64,000 nucleotides of DNA from Gemmatimonadota bacterium (GTDB taxonomy: Bacteria > Gemmatimonadota > Gemmatimonadetes > Gemmatimonadales > GWC2-71-9): assembly GCA_036679605.1 (NCBI GenBank), contig JAZDCZ010000409.1:54560-118559 (forward strand). The letters are read 5' to 3'. The notes below the pieces were generated by a model. That model did not search any database. It was not told the origin of the DNA and saw only the letters and a list, made by a program, of their open reading frames with translations. Positions 19,900 to 30,488 of the stretch are shown here, piece after piece (position 1 is the first letter of the stretch; the number at the start of each line of letters is the position of its first letter). The position numbers were made by a program, and so were the translations under genes.

Positions 19900-21700
19900 C
19901 GTTCCCATTGGGATTGCTTACCTAGACGGCCCGCGGCTCAGGTCGTCGTTGTTGGCCGCAGCCGACTGGGTCGATGCCGGGAGGGAAGAACTCAATCGCA
20001 TCAATGTTTTTCCCGTACCTGACGGCGATACCGGTACCAATTTCGCCGCCACTTTGAGAACCGTAGCCGAGACCCTGCGGACCATCGGCCCCAAACCACT
20101 TCCCGTAATTACCACGACAATGGCTCAGACCTGTGTTCTAGCCGCACGCGGCAACTCGGGGATGCTTCTGTCGCAGTTCCTCCTAGGATTTCGGGAATCA
20201 CTCGCCGGACTCACGAGTGCGCGTGCAGATGAGGTGGCACATGCTATCAAGGCCGGTTCTGATCGACTATTCAAAGCATTAGACGATCCGGTTGAGGGAA
20301 CCATCATCACCATCGCACGTGAAGCGGCGGACGAGGCGGAATTAGCCGCTCAGGAGACGACCAACTTCGCAGACTTGATGCACCGTGTTCTCGACAGAGC
20401 CCAGGCTGCGCTTAAGCGAACCCCCGAACTACTCGAGGTTCTCAGGGAGGCTGGGGTGGTCGACGCGGGAGGTAAGGCTTTCGTACGCGTACTGGAAGGC
20501 ATTGTGCGACTGATAGACGGAGATCCTATCAAAGGCCAGGCGGAGCCGACGCCTTGGACAGGACCCAACCCAGCGGCCATGGCTGCGGTTGCTGTCGAGC
20601 GCGACTTCCATTTCTGTACCGAGGTGCTGGTACGTGGCACGCGCTTTCCGGCCAGCACTGAAATCCGGTCTCTACTAAGACCTATTGGGGGCTCGATCGT
20701 AGTGATCAGCAGTGATGACCTCTTGAAGGTGCATATACACACCGACGCCCCGGATGCCGTCTTCAGTATCGCAGAGAAGTGGGGCACCATCGAGAGCACA
20801 AAGGCCGAGGACATGCGCCAGCAACACCTCGACTTGCATCGGAATAAACGCAGCATTGCTCTGGTGGTAGACTCTTCGTGCGATCTACCAGACGAAATTA
20901 TCGACCGGTACGGGATGGTTGTGGTGCCGCATCAGGTCTGCATCGGACCCCAAGCGTTTCTTGACCGGGTGGAGATCGAAGGCCCGGAACTGTACTCGCG
21001 CATGAAGCGCGGAGGCGAGGTCTTTTCGACGTCGCAACCGACTCCAGCAGCGTTCCAGCAGGCGTTTAGCGACGCGTGTTCCAGCGCCGACGACGTTATA
21101 GGGGTATTCGTATCCGGTGCGTTGTCCGGCGCTCACTCCTCAGCCCAAGCCACCATCAACAGAGCCGCAATCCGCAGAGTTACCGTGGTGGACTCGAAAA
21201 CGATCTCTTTGGGGTTGGGGATGCTCGCGCTACGGGCAGCGGAGTTAGTCGACGAAGGACTGTCGGTGGAGGAGATCACGATCGAACTGCAACGCGTGCG
21301 CAACAACTCTGGAGGTTTCTTCACTGTAGATACTTTTGAAAATTTGTTGCGCTCTGGTCGCGTGAGCCGTGGGCGAGCGTGGCTGGGCAGTCTGTTGGAC
21401 ATCAAACCGATACTGGAGCTGGACCGCGAGGGCAGAATCGTCCCGTATGACCGCGTCCGCGGTCGCGACGGCTTGGTACCCAGAGTCCTCCAGCACTTGG
21501 ATCGCTGCCTAATACCGCAGCCAGAGCGCCTGAGAATGGGAGTGGTCCACGCCGGTGCCCCCGACATCGCGGAGGAGGTTCGGTCAGCGCTCGTAGCAAA
21601 GTATGCGCCGCAGACATGTCTCGTGGAACACGTTACCGCCGCTATCGGGGTTCACACGGGACCCGGCGCGTGGGGTATATTTTATCAGATTGAGGACTGA
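19892..21700 (+). CDS. DAK2-DegV fusion (fatty-acid kinase FakA-FakB-like)
   Basis: INVFPVPDGDTGTN, ARGNSG, VDAGG, CTE, KVHIH, followed by DegV motifs VDSSCDL, STSQP, RSGR, IKPIL, HTGPG. Confidence 0.92.
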   Translation: MTSVPIGIAYLDGPRLRSSLLAAADWVDAGREELNRINVFPVPDGDTGTNFAATLRTVAETLRTIGPKPLPVITTTMAQTCVLAARGNSGMLLSQFLLGFRESLAGLTSARADEVAHAIKAGSDRLFKALDDPVEGTIITIAREAADEAELAAQETTNFADLMHRVLDRAQAALKRTPELLEVLREAGVVDAGGKAFVRVLEGIVRLIDGDPIKGQAEPTPWTGPNPAAMAAVAVERDFHFCTEVLVRGTRFPASTEIRSLLRPIGGSIVVISSDDLLKVHIHTDAPDAVFSIAEKWGTIESTKAEDMRQQHLDLHRNKRSIALVVDSSCDLPDEIIDRYGMVVVPHQVCIGPQAFLDRVEIEGPELYSRMKRGGEVFSTSQPTPAAFQQAFSDACSSADDVIGVFVSGALSGAHSSAQATINRAAIRRVTVVDSKTISLGLGMLALRAAELVDEGLSVEEITIELQRVRNNSGGFFTVDTFENLLRSGRVSRGRAWLGSLLDIKPILELDREGRIVPYDRVRGRDGLVPRVLQHLDRCLIPQPERLRMGVVHAGAPDIAEEVRSALVAKYAPQTCLVEHVTAAIGVHTGPGAWGIFYQIED

Positions 21701-22097
21701 GAACTCTGTACGTGGATCAGACGCTGCGCGGGCTAGCCATCTGAAGGAAAGCGCAAGCCGAGCGCGCCACGACGGCATTGAGCTGGCCGTGAACGCTCTA
21801 GACGAGCACAAGGCAACGAATGTTGTGGTTCTTGATCTGCGGAATCTCTGCGACGCAACCGACTATTTCATTGTGGCATCCGGCTCGTCCGACACGCACG
21901 TAAGGGCCCTTGCCAATAGAGTCCGCAACGCCTTGGACAGTGCAGGCCGTAAAGCACACCATATCGAAGGACTCGGTTCTGGTCGCTGGGTATTATTGGA
22001 CTACGTGGAGTTCGTCGTCCACATATTCCACCCTACGCTTCGACAATTCTATAGGTTGGAGAGACTCTGGGCCGACGCGCCCACCGTCTCAGGATAG
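21690..22097 (+). CDS. rsfS: Ribosome silencing factor; start approximate
   Basis: KATNVVVLDL, DYFIVASG, WVLLDY, VVHIF, FYRLERLW. Confidence 0.95.
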   Translation: MRTENSVRGSDAARASHLKESASRARHDGIELAVNALDEHKATNVVVLDLRNLCDATDYFIVASGSSDTHVRALANRVRNALDSAGRKAHHIEGLGSGRWVLLDYVEFVVHIFHPTLRQFYRLERLWADAPTVSG

Positions 22098-22117
22098 CTT
22101 CCCCTATCCGGAGCAAT

Positions 22118-23566
22118 ATGCATCGCTTCATTATGCTCGGCACGCACCACACTCGGAGTTCTCGCTGCATCCTCCTACTCCTCCTGGCCTCTATGGGGTG
22201 CGGACAGGACGGCGACCTTGACCCGCTGAGGCAGGGCGTCGCAAACGTAGGGAGCAACGAGGACGCCGGCACGTCAGTGGTGTTTCGGATGCCCCAGGGT
22301 GGGGGAGATGCCAAACTATACCGACTGCCCGAGATGATCGAGGTCTCCTGGCAGTTTGACGCTGGTAACCGATCTGTCGGCAGCATAGTCGGATTCGCTA
22401 GTGACGACGACCTCATATTTTCGTTGGTCGGTCCCGATTCGGCAGGCGGGTTCGATCTAGTCGGGTTGGATCTGGTAACTGGACGCACACGGACTGTGGA
22501 CACGAACGTGGCATTGGCGACGGTAGGTCCCACCGGCCGTGCCTACGTGGTGGGGACTGACCGGACAATTGGGGAAGTAGACCAGAGCGGCAGAATCGAG
22601 GAATGGGGCGACACGCTCCTTCAAGCCCCAACAAAGATCTGGGGAGCCCAACGCAATCGGATCGTAGCAACCACGTCCGACAGCAGCCGAGAGCTACTCT
22701 TGCTCTCCCAAGGCCAGACTCCTATTCGACAACAGATTCCGATCGGACCCATCACGATATCCAAGTGGGGCCGCTTTGTTGTGGTCGCCACCGACTCAGG
22801 ATTAGCGACATTTGATCCACTGGAACCGGCTAGCACTGGCTTCGTGCCCCTGGCGCCAAGCCCCAACCACGTCATCCTGTCACCATCAGGACACTTGATA
22901 TATGCCGTCAAAGACAAGCGACACCTAGTTTCCGTCGAACGGTTCCACACTGACGTTCGCCGCGAACTTCAGCTGCCGGGACCCGTTGGCGATCTGCGCA
23001 TGGGTCCACTGGGCCGCATCCTTTTGGCCCAGAGCGCAGTGGCGGATTCCACGTGGATCATAGATCTCACAAAACTGCGGATGGTGAAGACGGTGCCCGG
23101 CAGCTGGGACGACGACTTACCGGCTGTGGCCCCGGACGGGAGCGTTCTGACCCGTCTGGGAGAGACGGTGGTGACCCTTGCGACGGGGACATTCGAACCC
23201 ATGGAATCTGTGACGGCCTCGGCCAAGGATCGGTGGATAGTCACAAGATGGGATCCTCGAAGACCGGCCTTGGAGTTGGCCAGCGACAGCGCCGAGACGA
23301 CGGAGCAACCCAATCAGATCATGTACGTCCAGGTGAGCAGCTCGCGTAACCCCGCCTGGGCAGATGACCTTGCCCGAGAGCTACGTGATGCCGGCATGGA
23401 TGCCAGCGTGCTCCGGCCGGACTCGACTGACTTCTCGGTGGATGAGCTATATCGTGTCGTTCTCGGACCCTACACCAGCCGGGATGAAGCGGAGGGCGAA
23501 GGACGAAAGTTAGGTCGGTCCTTCTTTATCATCACGCGCGAAATCCTCCGGCCAGAGATCCATTGA
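22118..23566 (+). CDS. Lipoprotein with beta-propeller-like region and C-terminal SPOR domain
   Basis: Lipobox-like ASMGC; C-terminal YVQVSS...YRVVLGPYTSRDEA. Confidence 0.8.
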   Translation: MHRFIMLGTHHTRSSRCILLLLLASMGCGQDGDLDPLRQGVANVGSNEDAGTSVVFRMPQGGGDAKLYRLPEMIEVSWQFDAGNRSVGSIVGFASDDDLIFSLVGPDSAGGFDLVGLDLVTGRTRTVDTNVALATVGPTGRAYVVGTDRTIGEVDQSGRIEEWGDTLLQAPTKIWGAQRNRIVATTSDSSRELLLLSQGQTPIRQQIPIGPITISKWGRFVVVATDSGLATFDPLEPASTGFVPLAPSPNHVILSPSGHLIYAVKDKRHLVSVERFHTDVRRELQLPGPVGDLRMGPLGRILLAQSAVADSTWIIDLTKLRMVKTVPGSWDDDLPAVAPDGSVLTRLGETVVTLATGTFEPMESVTASAKDRWIVTRWDPRRPALELASDSAETTEQPNQIMYVQVSSSRNPAWADDLARELRDAGMDASVLRPDSTDFSVDELYRVVLGPYTSRDEAEGEGRKLGRSFFIITREILRPEIH

Positions 23567-23699
23567 CAGGGGCAAGTAACAGGACAGAACTGGGGACTAC
23601 ATCAATTCCGTATCACAGCATTACATTCTCTTGGTGCATTAGGGTCTCGAGGGGCCCAACGCATCTCCCAAACTCTCGTATCACGGACAGGTAACGATT

Positions 23700-26600
23700 A
23701 TGCAGCTAACCCGGCTCGAGTTGTCGGGCTTCAAATCGTTTGCGGACAAGGCAGAACTACCGTTTGAAACCGGTGTCACCGCCATCGTCGGGCCAAACGG
23801 ATGCGGTAAGTCAAATATCTCGGACGCCGTTCGATGGGTGCTGGGCGAGCAACGCGTGCGACTGCTCAGGGGAGCCAAGATGGAAGAGGTGATCTTCCAA
23901 GGATCTTCGAAGCGGAAGCCGACGAACATCACTGAAGTATCGCTCTATCTGGACAATAGCGACGATACTTTGGCGATCGCCTTCCAAGAGGTGGTGGTAA
24001 CCCGCCGCCTCTCTCGCAACGGTCAGAGTGACTATCTCATCAACGGTTCACCGGTGCGGTTGCGTGATGTACAAGACCTTCTAAAGGGAACTGGACTGGG
24101 AAGCGACGTAGGTGTCGTCATCGAAGCCCAAATGATCGATCGGCTACTCTCGGATAGTCCCAACGAACGGCGATCACTATTCGAGGAGGCCGCCGGCATC
24201 AGCTTCTACAGGGATCGCAAGACAAGCACCGAACGGAGATTGGAAAAGACAGCGGACGATCTTCAACGGCTTGATGATCTGATTGGTGAAGTCCAGACGC
24301 AGGTCCGTAGTCTCGCCCGTCAAAAGGGCAAAGCCGAGCGCCATCACAAGTTCACCGACGAACTCATGTCCGTCGTGGCAACCGTCACTCGGTACGATCT
24401 GGCTCGCATGGACGAGACCGGTGAGAAACTTCGGGTCCGCCATGACGAGCTGTCCAGCGAGGCTCCGAAGGGACGCAGTCGGTTGAGTGAGTTGGAACGA
24501 GAGCGGGATGCTGCAAGCCAGGCACGTACGACGGCTGAGGTCAGCCGCACGGAGATGGAGCGTCGATCCGCCGAGGTTCGGGTAGAAATAGAACGTATGG
24601 AGGGCGACCTGAACCTCGCTTCTGAGCGGATCGAGAATGCCGCAGAGCAGCGCAACCGGGCCATCAGCGAGCAGCAACTTGCACGCGAGCGAGCGGCACG
24701 GGCCGAGCGTGAACGCGAGGCGGCCGCCACAGAACGGTCTGCAGCACACAAAGCGAGACAGTCAGTACAAACAGAACTGGACCTTCGTTCGAGCACCGAG
24801 GAGGAACTGCACGGACAACTGGCGGATCAACGCAACCAGGTCCGGGAACTCGAGAACTCGAGTCAACTCCAAGCTGAGACCTCTAGATCCCTGCTGGGCG
24901 AACGAGACGCGCTTCAGCATGAGCTGGAAACTTTAAGACCACGCGCAAAACAAGCCGAAGAGCAACGCCGCGACATCGCCCGCGAAGTAGACGTGTGCCG
25001 CACCGAAGTCGAGAAAGCTGGCAAGGAACTGGAAGTTCGGCGCCGGAGCCATCATGCCACCACGACGGAACTCGAACGTGCACGGCACAATCTCGCTGCT
25101 GCCAGGGCTCATGAAGCCGCGGTGCAGGTCGAGCTGCGCGCGGAGGAAGAAAAGGGAGCCCTTCTTCGCGCTCGGCGAGAGGCGCTCGAGGCGCTCGAGC
25201 GTGACCGGGAGGGTCTGGCCCCGGGCGCGCACGCCCTGTTGGAACAGCAGGATCACTTTGCATCAGGCTCTATTCTGGGTCCCTTGAGCGACTATGTCAC
25301 CGTATCCGAAGCCGGGGCGCAGGAGGTGGAGCAACTACTGGGAGAATGGCTGCACGCCGTCCTAGTTCGCGACGAGAGCGCTGTGAAAGAAATCATGGCA
25401 TGGCATGCCAGCACGCAGCCCGGTCCTCTCGCCCTCCTTCCGGTAACTCCGGGACCAAGTGAGGTGAGCGGGGCGACATCCAGCGTCCACCTCACGATGG
25501 CAGCACCAGCCGAGCCTTGGGGGCAATCGCTACTCGCTGCTTCGGGTGCGGTGGTCGGCAGCGGCGGTGCCATACGGAGAATCAACGGCGCAGTGTTTCT
25601 GCCGAGCGCAGAGACGAAAGGTCCCCTGAGCCGGAGAGCCGAACTCGATACGTTGGTTCTTGCCCTACACGATTCGGAACAGTCGATCGAGAAACTCAAG
25701 CACAGTAGCCAAACCTCAGAGAAAGCGCACCTGGACGCCGTCGGTGCCCTGGACTCCGCGACCGCGACAGTGGAACGCGAGGGCGGCGCACTGCGGGAGG
25801 CGCAGGGCAAGAGCGACGACGCCGGCCGGCTGCTCAACAGAAGCGAGCTAGAGCTGGCCGAGGTTGAGGAATCCTTGGGGCAAGTAACTCTGAGGATCGA
25901 TGAGCGCTCGCAAAGGCTTCAGGAAGTCGATACCGGACTGCTAGCAGCTCAGCAGAAAACAACGGAGTTGGCGGGAGCACTCGAGCGACAGAGGAACGCG
26001 CTCGCAGAGTTAGAGTTAGCACAGGAAGCGGCACGCGAGCGCCTGGTGCATTGGCAGGTCGAAGAGGCTCAGGTTGCCGCACGGGAGCGGGCGGCTGGGG
26101 AGCGAGAGACGAGAGCTGAAGAGGCCCTGACCCATACCCGGAGCGAGATTTCTGGGTTGGAGGAAGAAGTCACCCGCATCGAGGGTGATACGAGGGAGTT
26201 CTCCGAGCGGCGTACTGGCTGGCAAGATACTCTCGAAGAGAAGAGACTCACGCTCAAGGAACTGCAAACCGCCGCTCAACAAGCTGAACAATCACTTACC
26301 AACGCGGTGGAAGCGCTGGCCACGACTGACGAAACTCTGGCGACCGTGCGGGTGGAGCTAGAACAACTGAACGAAGAAACACACCGGATCGATCTCGAAC
26401 TCACCGAGTCGGCGGGGCTACGCCGGGCTTTGGTAGAACGGGTTGAGGCCGAGTGGCGTAAGCCGTTAGCTGAACTGCTCGAGTCCGCCGATTCGATCGA
26501 TGGCGCACCGGAGGAGTTGCGGCAGCAGGCCGAACACCTTGCCGCTGCCATAGACGCGATGGGACCTGTGAACCCCCTCGCGATGCAGGAACATACGGAA

Positions 26601-27173
26601 GAGGTCACGCGCCTGGAGTTCCTACAGGGACAGCGCACCGACCTGGTAGATGCCAGAAAGGGACTTCTTCAGGCACTGCAGGAACTCGACGCGACCGCAA
26701 AAGGACTGTTTACGGAGACTTTCGCCAAGATTCGCGAGAATTTTCATTCCGTTTTTCGGACGCTATTCGAGGGAGGAGAGTGTGATGTTCGGCTTTTCGA
26801 CGAGAGGGACCCCTTAGAAAGCGCGATTGATATTTATGCAGCACCTCGTGGAAAACGAACCCAGCGCATTCACCTGCTATCTTCCGGTGAGCGTGCTCTC
26901 GTAGCTCTTTCACTCCTGTTTGCGATCTACCTCACCAAACCGGCTCCGTTCTGCCTCCTGGACGAAGTTGACGCTCCACTCGACGACGCGAACGTCACCA
27001 GGTTCGTAAGGTTGCTCGACGAGTTCAAAGAGGACACTCAGTTCCTCGTTATTACACATAATCCGCGCACCATGCAGGTCGCGGATGCAGTGTTCGGTAT
27101 CACGATGCAGGAACCGGGTGTGTCCACGCTCGTAGGTGTGCGCCTTGGTGAGACCCAAACAATGGCTCTTTGA
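23700..27173 (+). CDS. smc: Chromosome segregation protein SMC
   Basis: GFKSF, GPNGCGKSN, coiled coils, hinge, LSSGE, LDEVDAPLD, ITHN. Confidence 0.97.
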   Translation: MQLTRLELSGFKSFADKAELPFETGVTAIVGPNGCGKSNISDAVRWVLGEQRVRLLRGAKMEEVIFQGSSKRKPTNITEVSLYLDNSDDTLAIAFQEVVVTRRLSRNGQSDYLINGSPVRLRDVQDLLKGTGLGSDVGVVIEAQMIDRLLSDSPNERRSLFEEAAGISFYRDRKTSTERRLEKTADDLQRLDDLIGEVQTQVRSLARQKGKAERHHKFTDELMSVVATVTRYDLARMDETGEKLRVRHDELSSEAPKGRSRLSELERERDAASQARTTAEVSRTEMERRSAEVRVEIERMEGDLNLASERIENAAEQRNRAISEQQLARERAARAEREREAAATERSAAHKARQSVQTELDLRSSTEEELHGQLADQRNQVRELENSSQLQAETSRSLLGERDALQHELETLRPRAKQAEEQRRDIAREVDVCRTEVEKAGKELEVRRRSHHATTTELERARHNLAAARAHEAAVQVELRAEEEKGALLRARREALEALERDREGLAPGAHALLEQQDHFASGSILGPLSDYVTVSEAGAQEVEQLLGEWLHAVLVRDESAVKEIMAWHASTQPGPLALLPVTPGPSEVSGATSSVHLTMAAPAEPWGQSLLAASGAVVGSGGAIRRINGAVFLPSAETKGPLSRRAELDTLVLALHDSEQSIEKLKHSSQTSEKAHLDAVGALDSATATVEREGGALREAQGKSDDAGRLLNRSELELAEVEESLGQVTLRIDERSQRLQEVDTGLLAAQQKTTELAGALERQRNALAELELAQEAARERLVHWQVEEAQVAARERAAGERETRAEEALTHTRSEISGLEEEVTRIEGDTREFSERRTGWQDTLEEKRLTLKELQTAAQQAEQSLTNAVEALATTDETLATVRVELEQLNEETHRIDLELTESAGLRRALVERVEAEWRKPLAELLESADSIDGAPEELRQQAEHLAAAIDAMGPVNPLAMQEHTEEVTRLEFLQGQRTDLVDARKGLLQALQELDATAKGLFTETFAKIRENFHSVFRTLFEGGECDVRLFDERDPLESAIDIYAAPRGKRTQRIHLLSSGERALVALSLLFAIYLTKPAPFCLLDEVDAPLDDANVTRFVRLLDEFKEDTQFLVITHNPRTMQVADAVFGITMQEPGVSTLVGVRLGETQTMAL

Positions 27174-27206
27174 GAACTCCCAGCGAGTTATTGGTGGCGC
27201 GATAGG

Positions 27207-27980
27207 ATGGACTTGGTCGTGATAGGAAGTGGCACTATCGCGCCGTCAAGCACTCGGGTAGCGCCCTGCTACTGGGTGGGTGCAGGAGAAATCACGTTGT
27301 TGCTCGACTGCGGAGCCGGCACCCTGCATCGGGCTGCCGAGTTGGGCATTCCGTGGTCCGAAATATCGTGCGTCGCAATTACCCACTTTCATGTGGATCA
27401 CTGGGGCGAGCTGCCCGCGCTACTCTTCGCTCTCCGATGGGGCATTGAGCCCGCTCGCACCGCACCGCTCAGATTGGTCGGGCCGCCCGGGTTCAGCACC
27501 AGACTAACCATGCTCGCCGCGGCCTTAGGAGACTGGGTACTCAGCCCAGGATACCCTCTGCAAGTCGATGAAATCAAGCCGAAAGAAGTGATCACACTCG
27601 CGGGCGATGTCTCGCTGGAGGCTTTCAAGACACCCCACACGGCCGAGAGCCTTGCCTACGCTGTAACGGAGGGTGAGGTACGGCTGGTATATACCGGCGA
27701 TACGGGTCCGTCCGATGCCTTAGCCGAATGGGCCCATAGCTGCGACCTCCTCCTCGCAGAATGCTCGCTACCTGATGACCGCGCCATCGACATACATTTA
27801 AGTCCTACTCAGGCCGGTAGTCTTGGACGTGCAGCAAACGCTCGCGAGCTTGTGCTGACCCATTTCTATCCGGTGTATGGAGATTTGGACCCAGGCGATG
27901 CCGCGGTGCGTGCGTTCGGAGAACCAGTGACGATTGCGCGCGATGGAGACCGGTTTCACATAGGAATTGACCGATGCTAA
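27207..27980 (+). CDS. MBL-fold hydrolase (RNase Z/AtsA-like)
   Basis: LDCG, THFHVDH, YTGDT, IHL, LTHFYP. Confidence 0.88.
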   Translation: MDLVVIGSGTIAPSSTRVAPCYWVGAGEITLLLDCGAGTLHRAAELGIPWSEISCVAITHFHVDHWGELPALLFALRWGIEPARTAPLRLVGPPGFSTRLTMLAAALGDWVLSPGYPLQVDEIKPKEVITLAGDVSLEAFKTPHTAESLAYAVTEGEVRLVYTGDTGPSDALAEWAHSCDLLLAECSLPDDRAIDIHLSPTQAGSLGRAANARELVLTHFYPVYGDLDPGDAAVRAFGEPVTIARDGDRFHIGIDRC

Positions 27981-29020
27981 TAGTGATGCAACACGGCGCC
28001 GACCCGAAGCAGATTCAGGCTGTCGTAGATACGATCGAGGCCCTGGGCTACCAGGCCAGCCCAATGCCGGGCAAACAGCGTACGGCTGTTGGTCTGGTCG
28101 GCAACGACGGAAGTGTGGACAGCTCACGACTCGCGGCTATGGCAGGCGTCAAGGAAATCATCCAAGTAACGCAACCCTACAAGCAAGTTTCACGCGAATG
28201 GAAGGCGGAGTCCTCGGTTGTTGAGCTGCCCGGCGGACTGACCATCGGCGGTGAAGAGGTAGTCGTAATTGCCGGGCCCTGTTCCGTCGAGTCCGAGTCG
28301 CAAATCATTGAGGCAGCGCAGCTGGTGCGTGCTGCAGGCGCATCGATACTGCGCGGCGGTGCGTTCAAACCGCGCTCCTCCCCCTACTCGTTTCAGGGAC
28401 TGGGCGTGGAGGGGCTCAAGCTCCTGGCCAAGGCTCGAGAGGAGACGGGTCTCTTGGTCGTAACGGAAGCGATGGACCCTGAGGGCATCGAAGTGGTAAG
28501 TGAATACACCGATATCATCCAGATTGGTGCACGCAACATGCAGAATTTTTCGTTGATAAAGCGGGCGGGCAAGTCCGGAAAGCCGGTGCTACTCAAGCGC
28601 GGGTTGTCCGCGACCATCACAGAGCTTCTCCTCTCAGCAGAATACTTGCTCGCCGAAGGTAATCATGACGTTATCCTGTGCGAGCGAGGAATTCGAGGAT
28701 TCGACAGCACGACCCGCAATATCTTCGACATTACCGCAATCCCTGTGGTTCACTCACTCTCACACTTGCCGATAATTGCAGACCCTAGTCACGGCACCGG
28801 CCGACGCGATAAAGTCATTCCGATGGCCCGAGCAGCGGTCGCCGCCGGCGCGGATGGAATCATGGTCGAAGTTCATCCTTCGCCAGAGAACGCCCTCTCG
28901 GACGGCGCACAGAGCCTATATCCCGAACAGTTTGCGGAACTCATGAAACAGGCGAGCGTGATCGCAGAGGCCAGCGGTCGTCGCATCGCCATGCCAATTC
29001 CAACACCGGTCAACGCATGA
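27974..29020 (+). CDS. aroF: DAHP synthase, type I-beta with N-terminal regulatory domain
   Basis: IAGPCSVE, GAFKPRSSPYSFQG, IGARNMQNF, LKRG, CERG, DPSH. Confidence 0.95.
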   Translation: MLIVMQHGADPKQIQAVVDTIEALGYQASPMPGKQRTAVGLVGNDGSVDSSRLAAMAGVKEIIQVTQPYKQVSREWKAESSVVELPGGLTIGGEEVVVIAGPCSVESESQIIEAAQLVRAAGASILRGGAFKPRSSPYSFQGLGVEGLKLLAKAREETGLLVVTEAMDPEGIEVVSEYTDIIQIGARNMQNFSLIKRAGKSGKPVLLKRGLSATITELLLSAEYLLAEGNHDVILCERGIRGFDSTTRNIFDITAIPVVHSLSHLPIIADPSHGTGRRDKVIPMARAAVAAGADGIMVEVHPSPENALSDGAQSLYPEQFAELMKQASVIAEASGRRIAMPIPTPVNA

Positions 29021-29661
29021 GGTGTTTGGCGCTTGCGTTGCTTTTCGCGTGCGGTGTTCTCGAAGCCCAAGATGCCACCTCGGCGCTCAACAGGGCTGAA
29101 CGCAAGTACCGTAGCATCGAGACGCTAGAGGCACGCTTTACCCAAACGATCGTAAACCCGATGCTCGGCGGGCCGGACACGACCTACGGTGTTTTCTTGT
29201 TGGCACCGCCCAACCGATTCGCGATGCGCTTCAGCGACCCGCCAGGTGACCGCATTGTAGCCGATGGCAGGTGGCTTTGGGCCTACGCTCCGAGCAGCGT
29301 CCCGAACCAAGTGTTCAGACAACCGATTCCGAAGCACGGGGCAGCGACACCGAACCTCTTGGCACAGTTCGTCGACCGGCCACTAGAACACTACCGAGCG
29401 ACGTACGTCGGCGCAGACTCCGTCGCTGGGGAATTGGTAGATATCGTGCACCTGGTGGCTAGGACCAAGAACATTCCGTTTCGAAGTGCGGATATTTCTA
29501 TTTCACGCACCAGCGGAATGGTCAGGCGGCTGCAGCTCGTCGAGCCGTCGGGTCAACGACGTACACTCCTGTTTGACGAAATGCGCGAAGGAATCAAGAT
29601 TCCAGACTCAGAGTTGAGGTTTGACGTTCCCGAGGGAACGCGTATCGTAACTCCCGACTAG
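29017..29661 (+). CDS. lolA: Outer-membrane lipoprotein carrier protein
   Basis: Signal peptide, ARFTQ, PNRF, IVADGRWLWAY, C-terminal FDVPEG. Confidence 0.85.
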   Translation: MRCLALALLFACGVLEAQDATSALNRAERKYRSIETLEARFTQTIVNPMLGGPDTTYGVFLLAPPNRFAMRFSDPPGDRIVADGRWLWAYAPSSVPNQVFRQPIPKHGAATPNLLAQFVDRPLEHYRATYVGADSVAGELVDIVHLVARTKNIPFRSADISISRTSGMVRRLQLVEPSGQRRTLLFDEMREGIKIPDSELRFDVPEGTRIVTPD

Positions 29662-30488
29662 GGGCTCAGCTCAGACTCGACTCTGGAGTGATCATCACTG
29701 GTCGGACCTATTAAGCGCAGGGCGGCTCTCCCCAACGCCTTATACAGTGACGCGTCCTCTTCCGACAATACGGCCAAATTCTTGCGAACCGTGTCAACGT
29801 CACCACGCACGATTGGACCGGTAAGAGCACGAGCGGGACCGTTCTTCCGAATGTTGTCCAGCGTCCCGTGGATCAGTGGCTCGAGGACGCGCCAGGCATC
29901 TTCCCCCGGTACTCCGGCATCCTCGATTAAACGAGCCGCCGTGCCCGCCACAACCACCAAGTAATTTGCCGCGAACACCGCCGCGGCATGATAGAGGCCC
30001 TTATTTGCTCCCGTCATGCGGAACGGTTCGAGGCCTACAGCACGTGCCAACGCCTCGGCCTGTACCATCGCCCGGTTGTCGCCTTCGATCGCTGCCGCCG
30101 CTCCCCGTAATCTCTGGGGGGTGGTCTCGGGGTCGCTCATCGATTGCAGAGGGTGCAGAGAGCCGAGTGAACAGCCGTGCGAAACAAGCGGGGCCAACAC
30201 CTTGCAATCCAACGCACCCGACAGATGCAGGACCACGTGCTTCTCGCTCAGAGCACTGGACTCCGCAAGCTGCTCAGCGACCTTTGCCAACACATCATCG
30301 GGCGCCGCCAGAATTACTACGTCGACTGAGGAGATCCATGGAGGCAGACCTCCAGCGGTCATTTTCAGCGGAGACGGGAGCGTCTTTGATTGACGACCAT
30401 GGAGCTGCACCTCCACTCCCGCATTGGCGAGCGCCAGGCCGAACCCGACACCGGCCCGGCCCGATCCTATGATACCTACCGAGATCAT
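29658..30488 (-). CDS. Rossmann-like / DUF2520 oxidoreductase
   Basis: IIGSGRAG, HLSGA, HPLQS, YHAAAVFAAN, LTGPIVRGD. Confidence 0.9.
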   Translation of the reverse strand: MISVGIIGSGRAGVGFGLALANAGVEVQLHGRQSKTLPSPLKMTAGGLPPWISSVDVVILAAPDDVLAKVAEQLAESSALSEKHVVLHLSGALDCKVLAPLVSHGCSLGSLHPLQSMSDPETTPQRLRGAAAAIEGDNRAMVQAEALARAVGLEPFRMTGANKGLYHAAAVFAANYLVVVAGTAARLIEDAGVPGEDAWRVLEPLIHGTLDNIRKNGPARALTGPIVRGDVDTVRKNLAVLSEEDASLYKALGRAALRLIGPTSDDHSRVESELSP

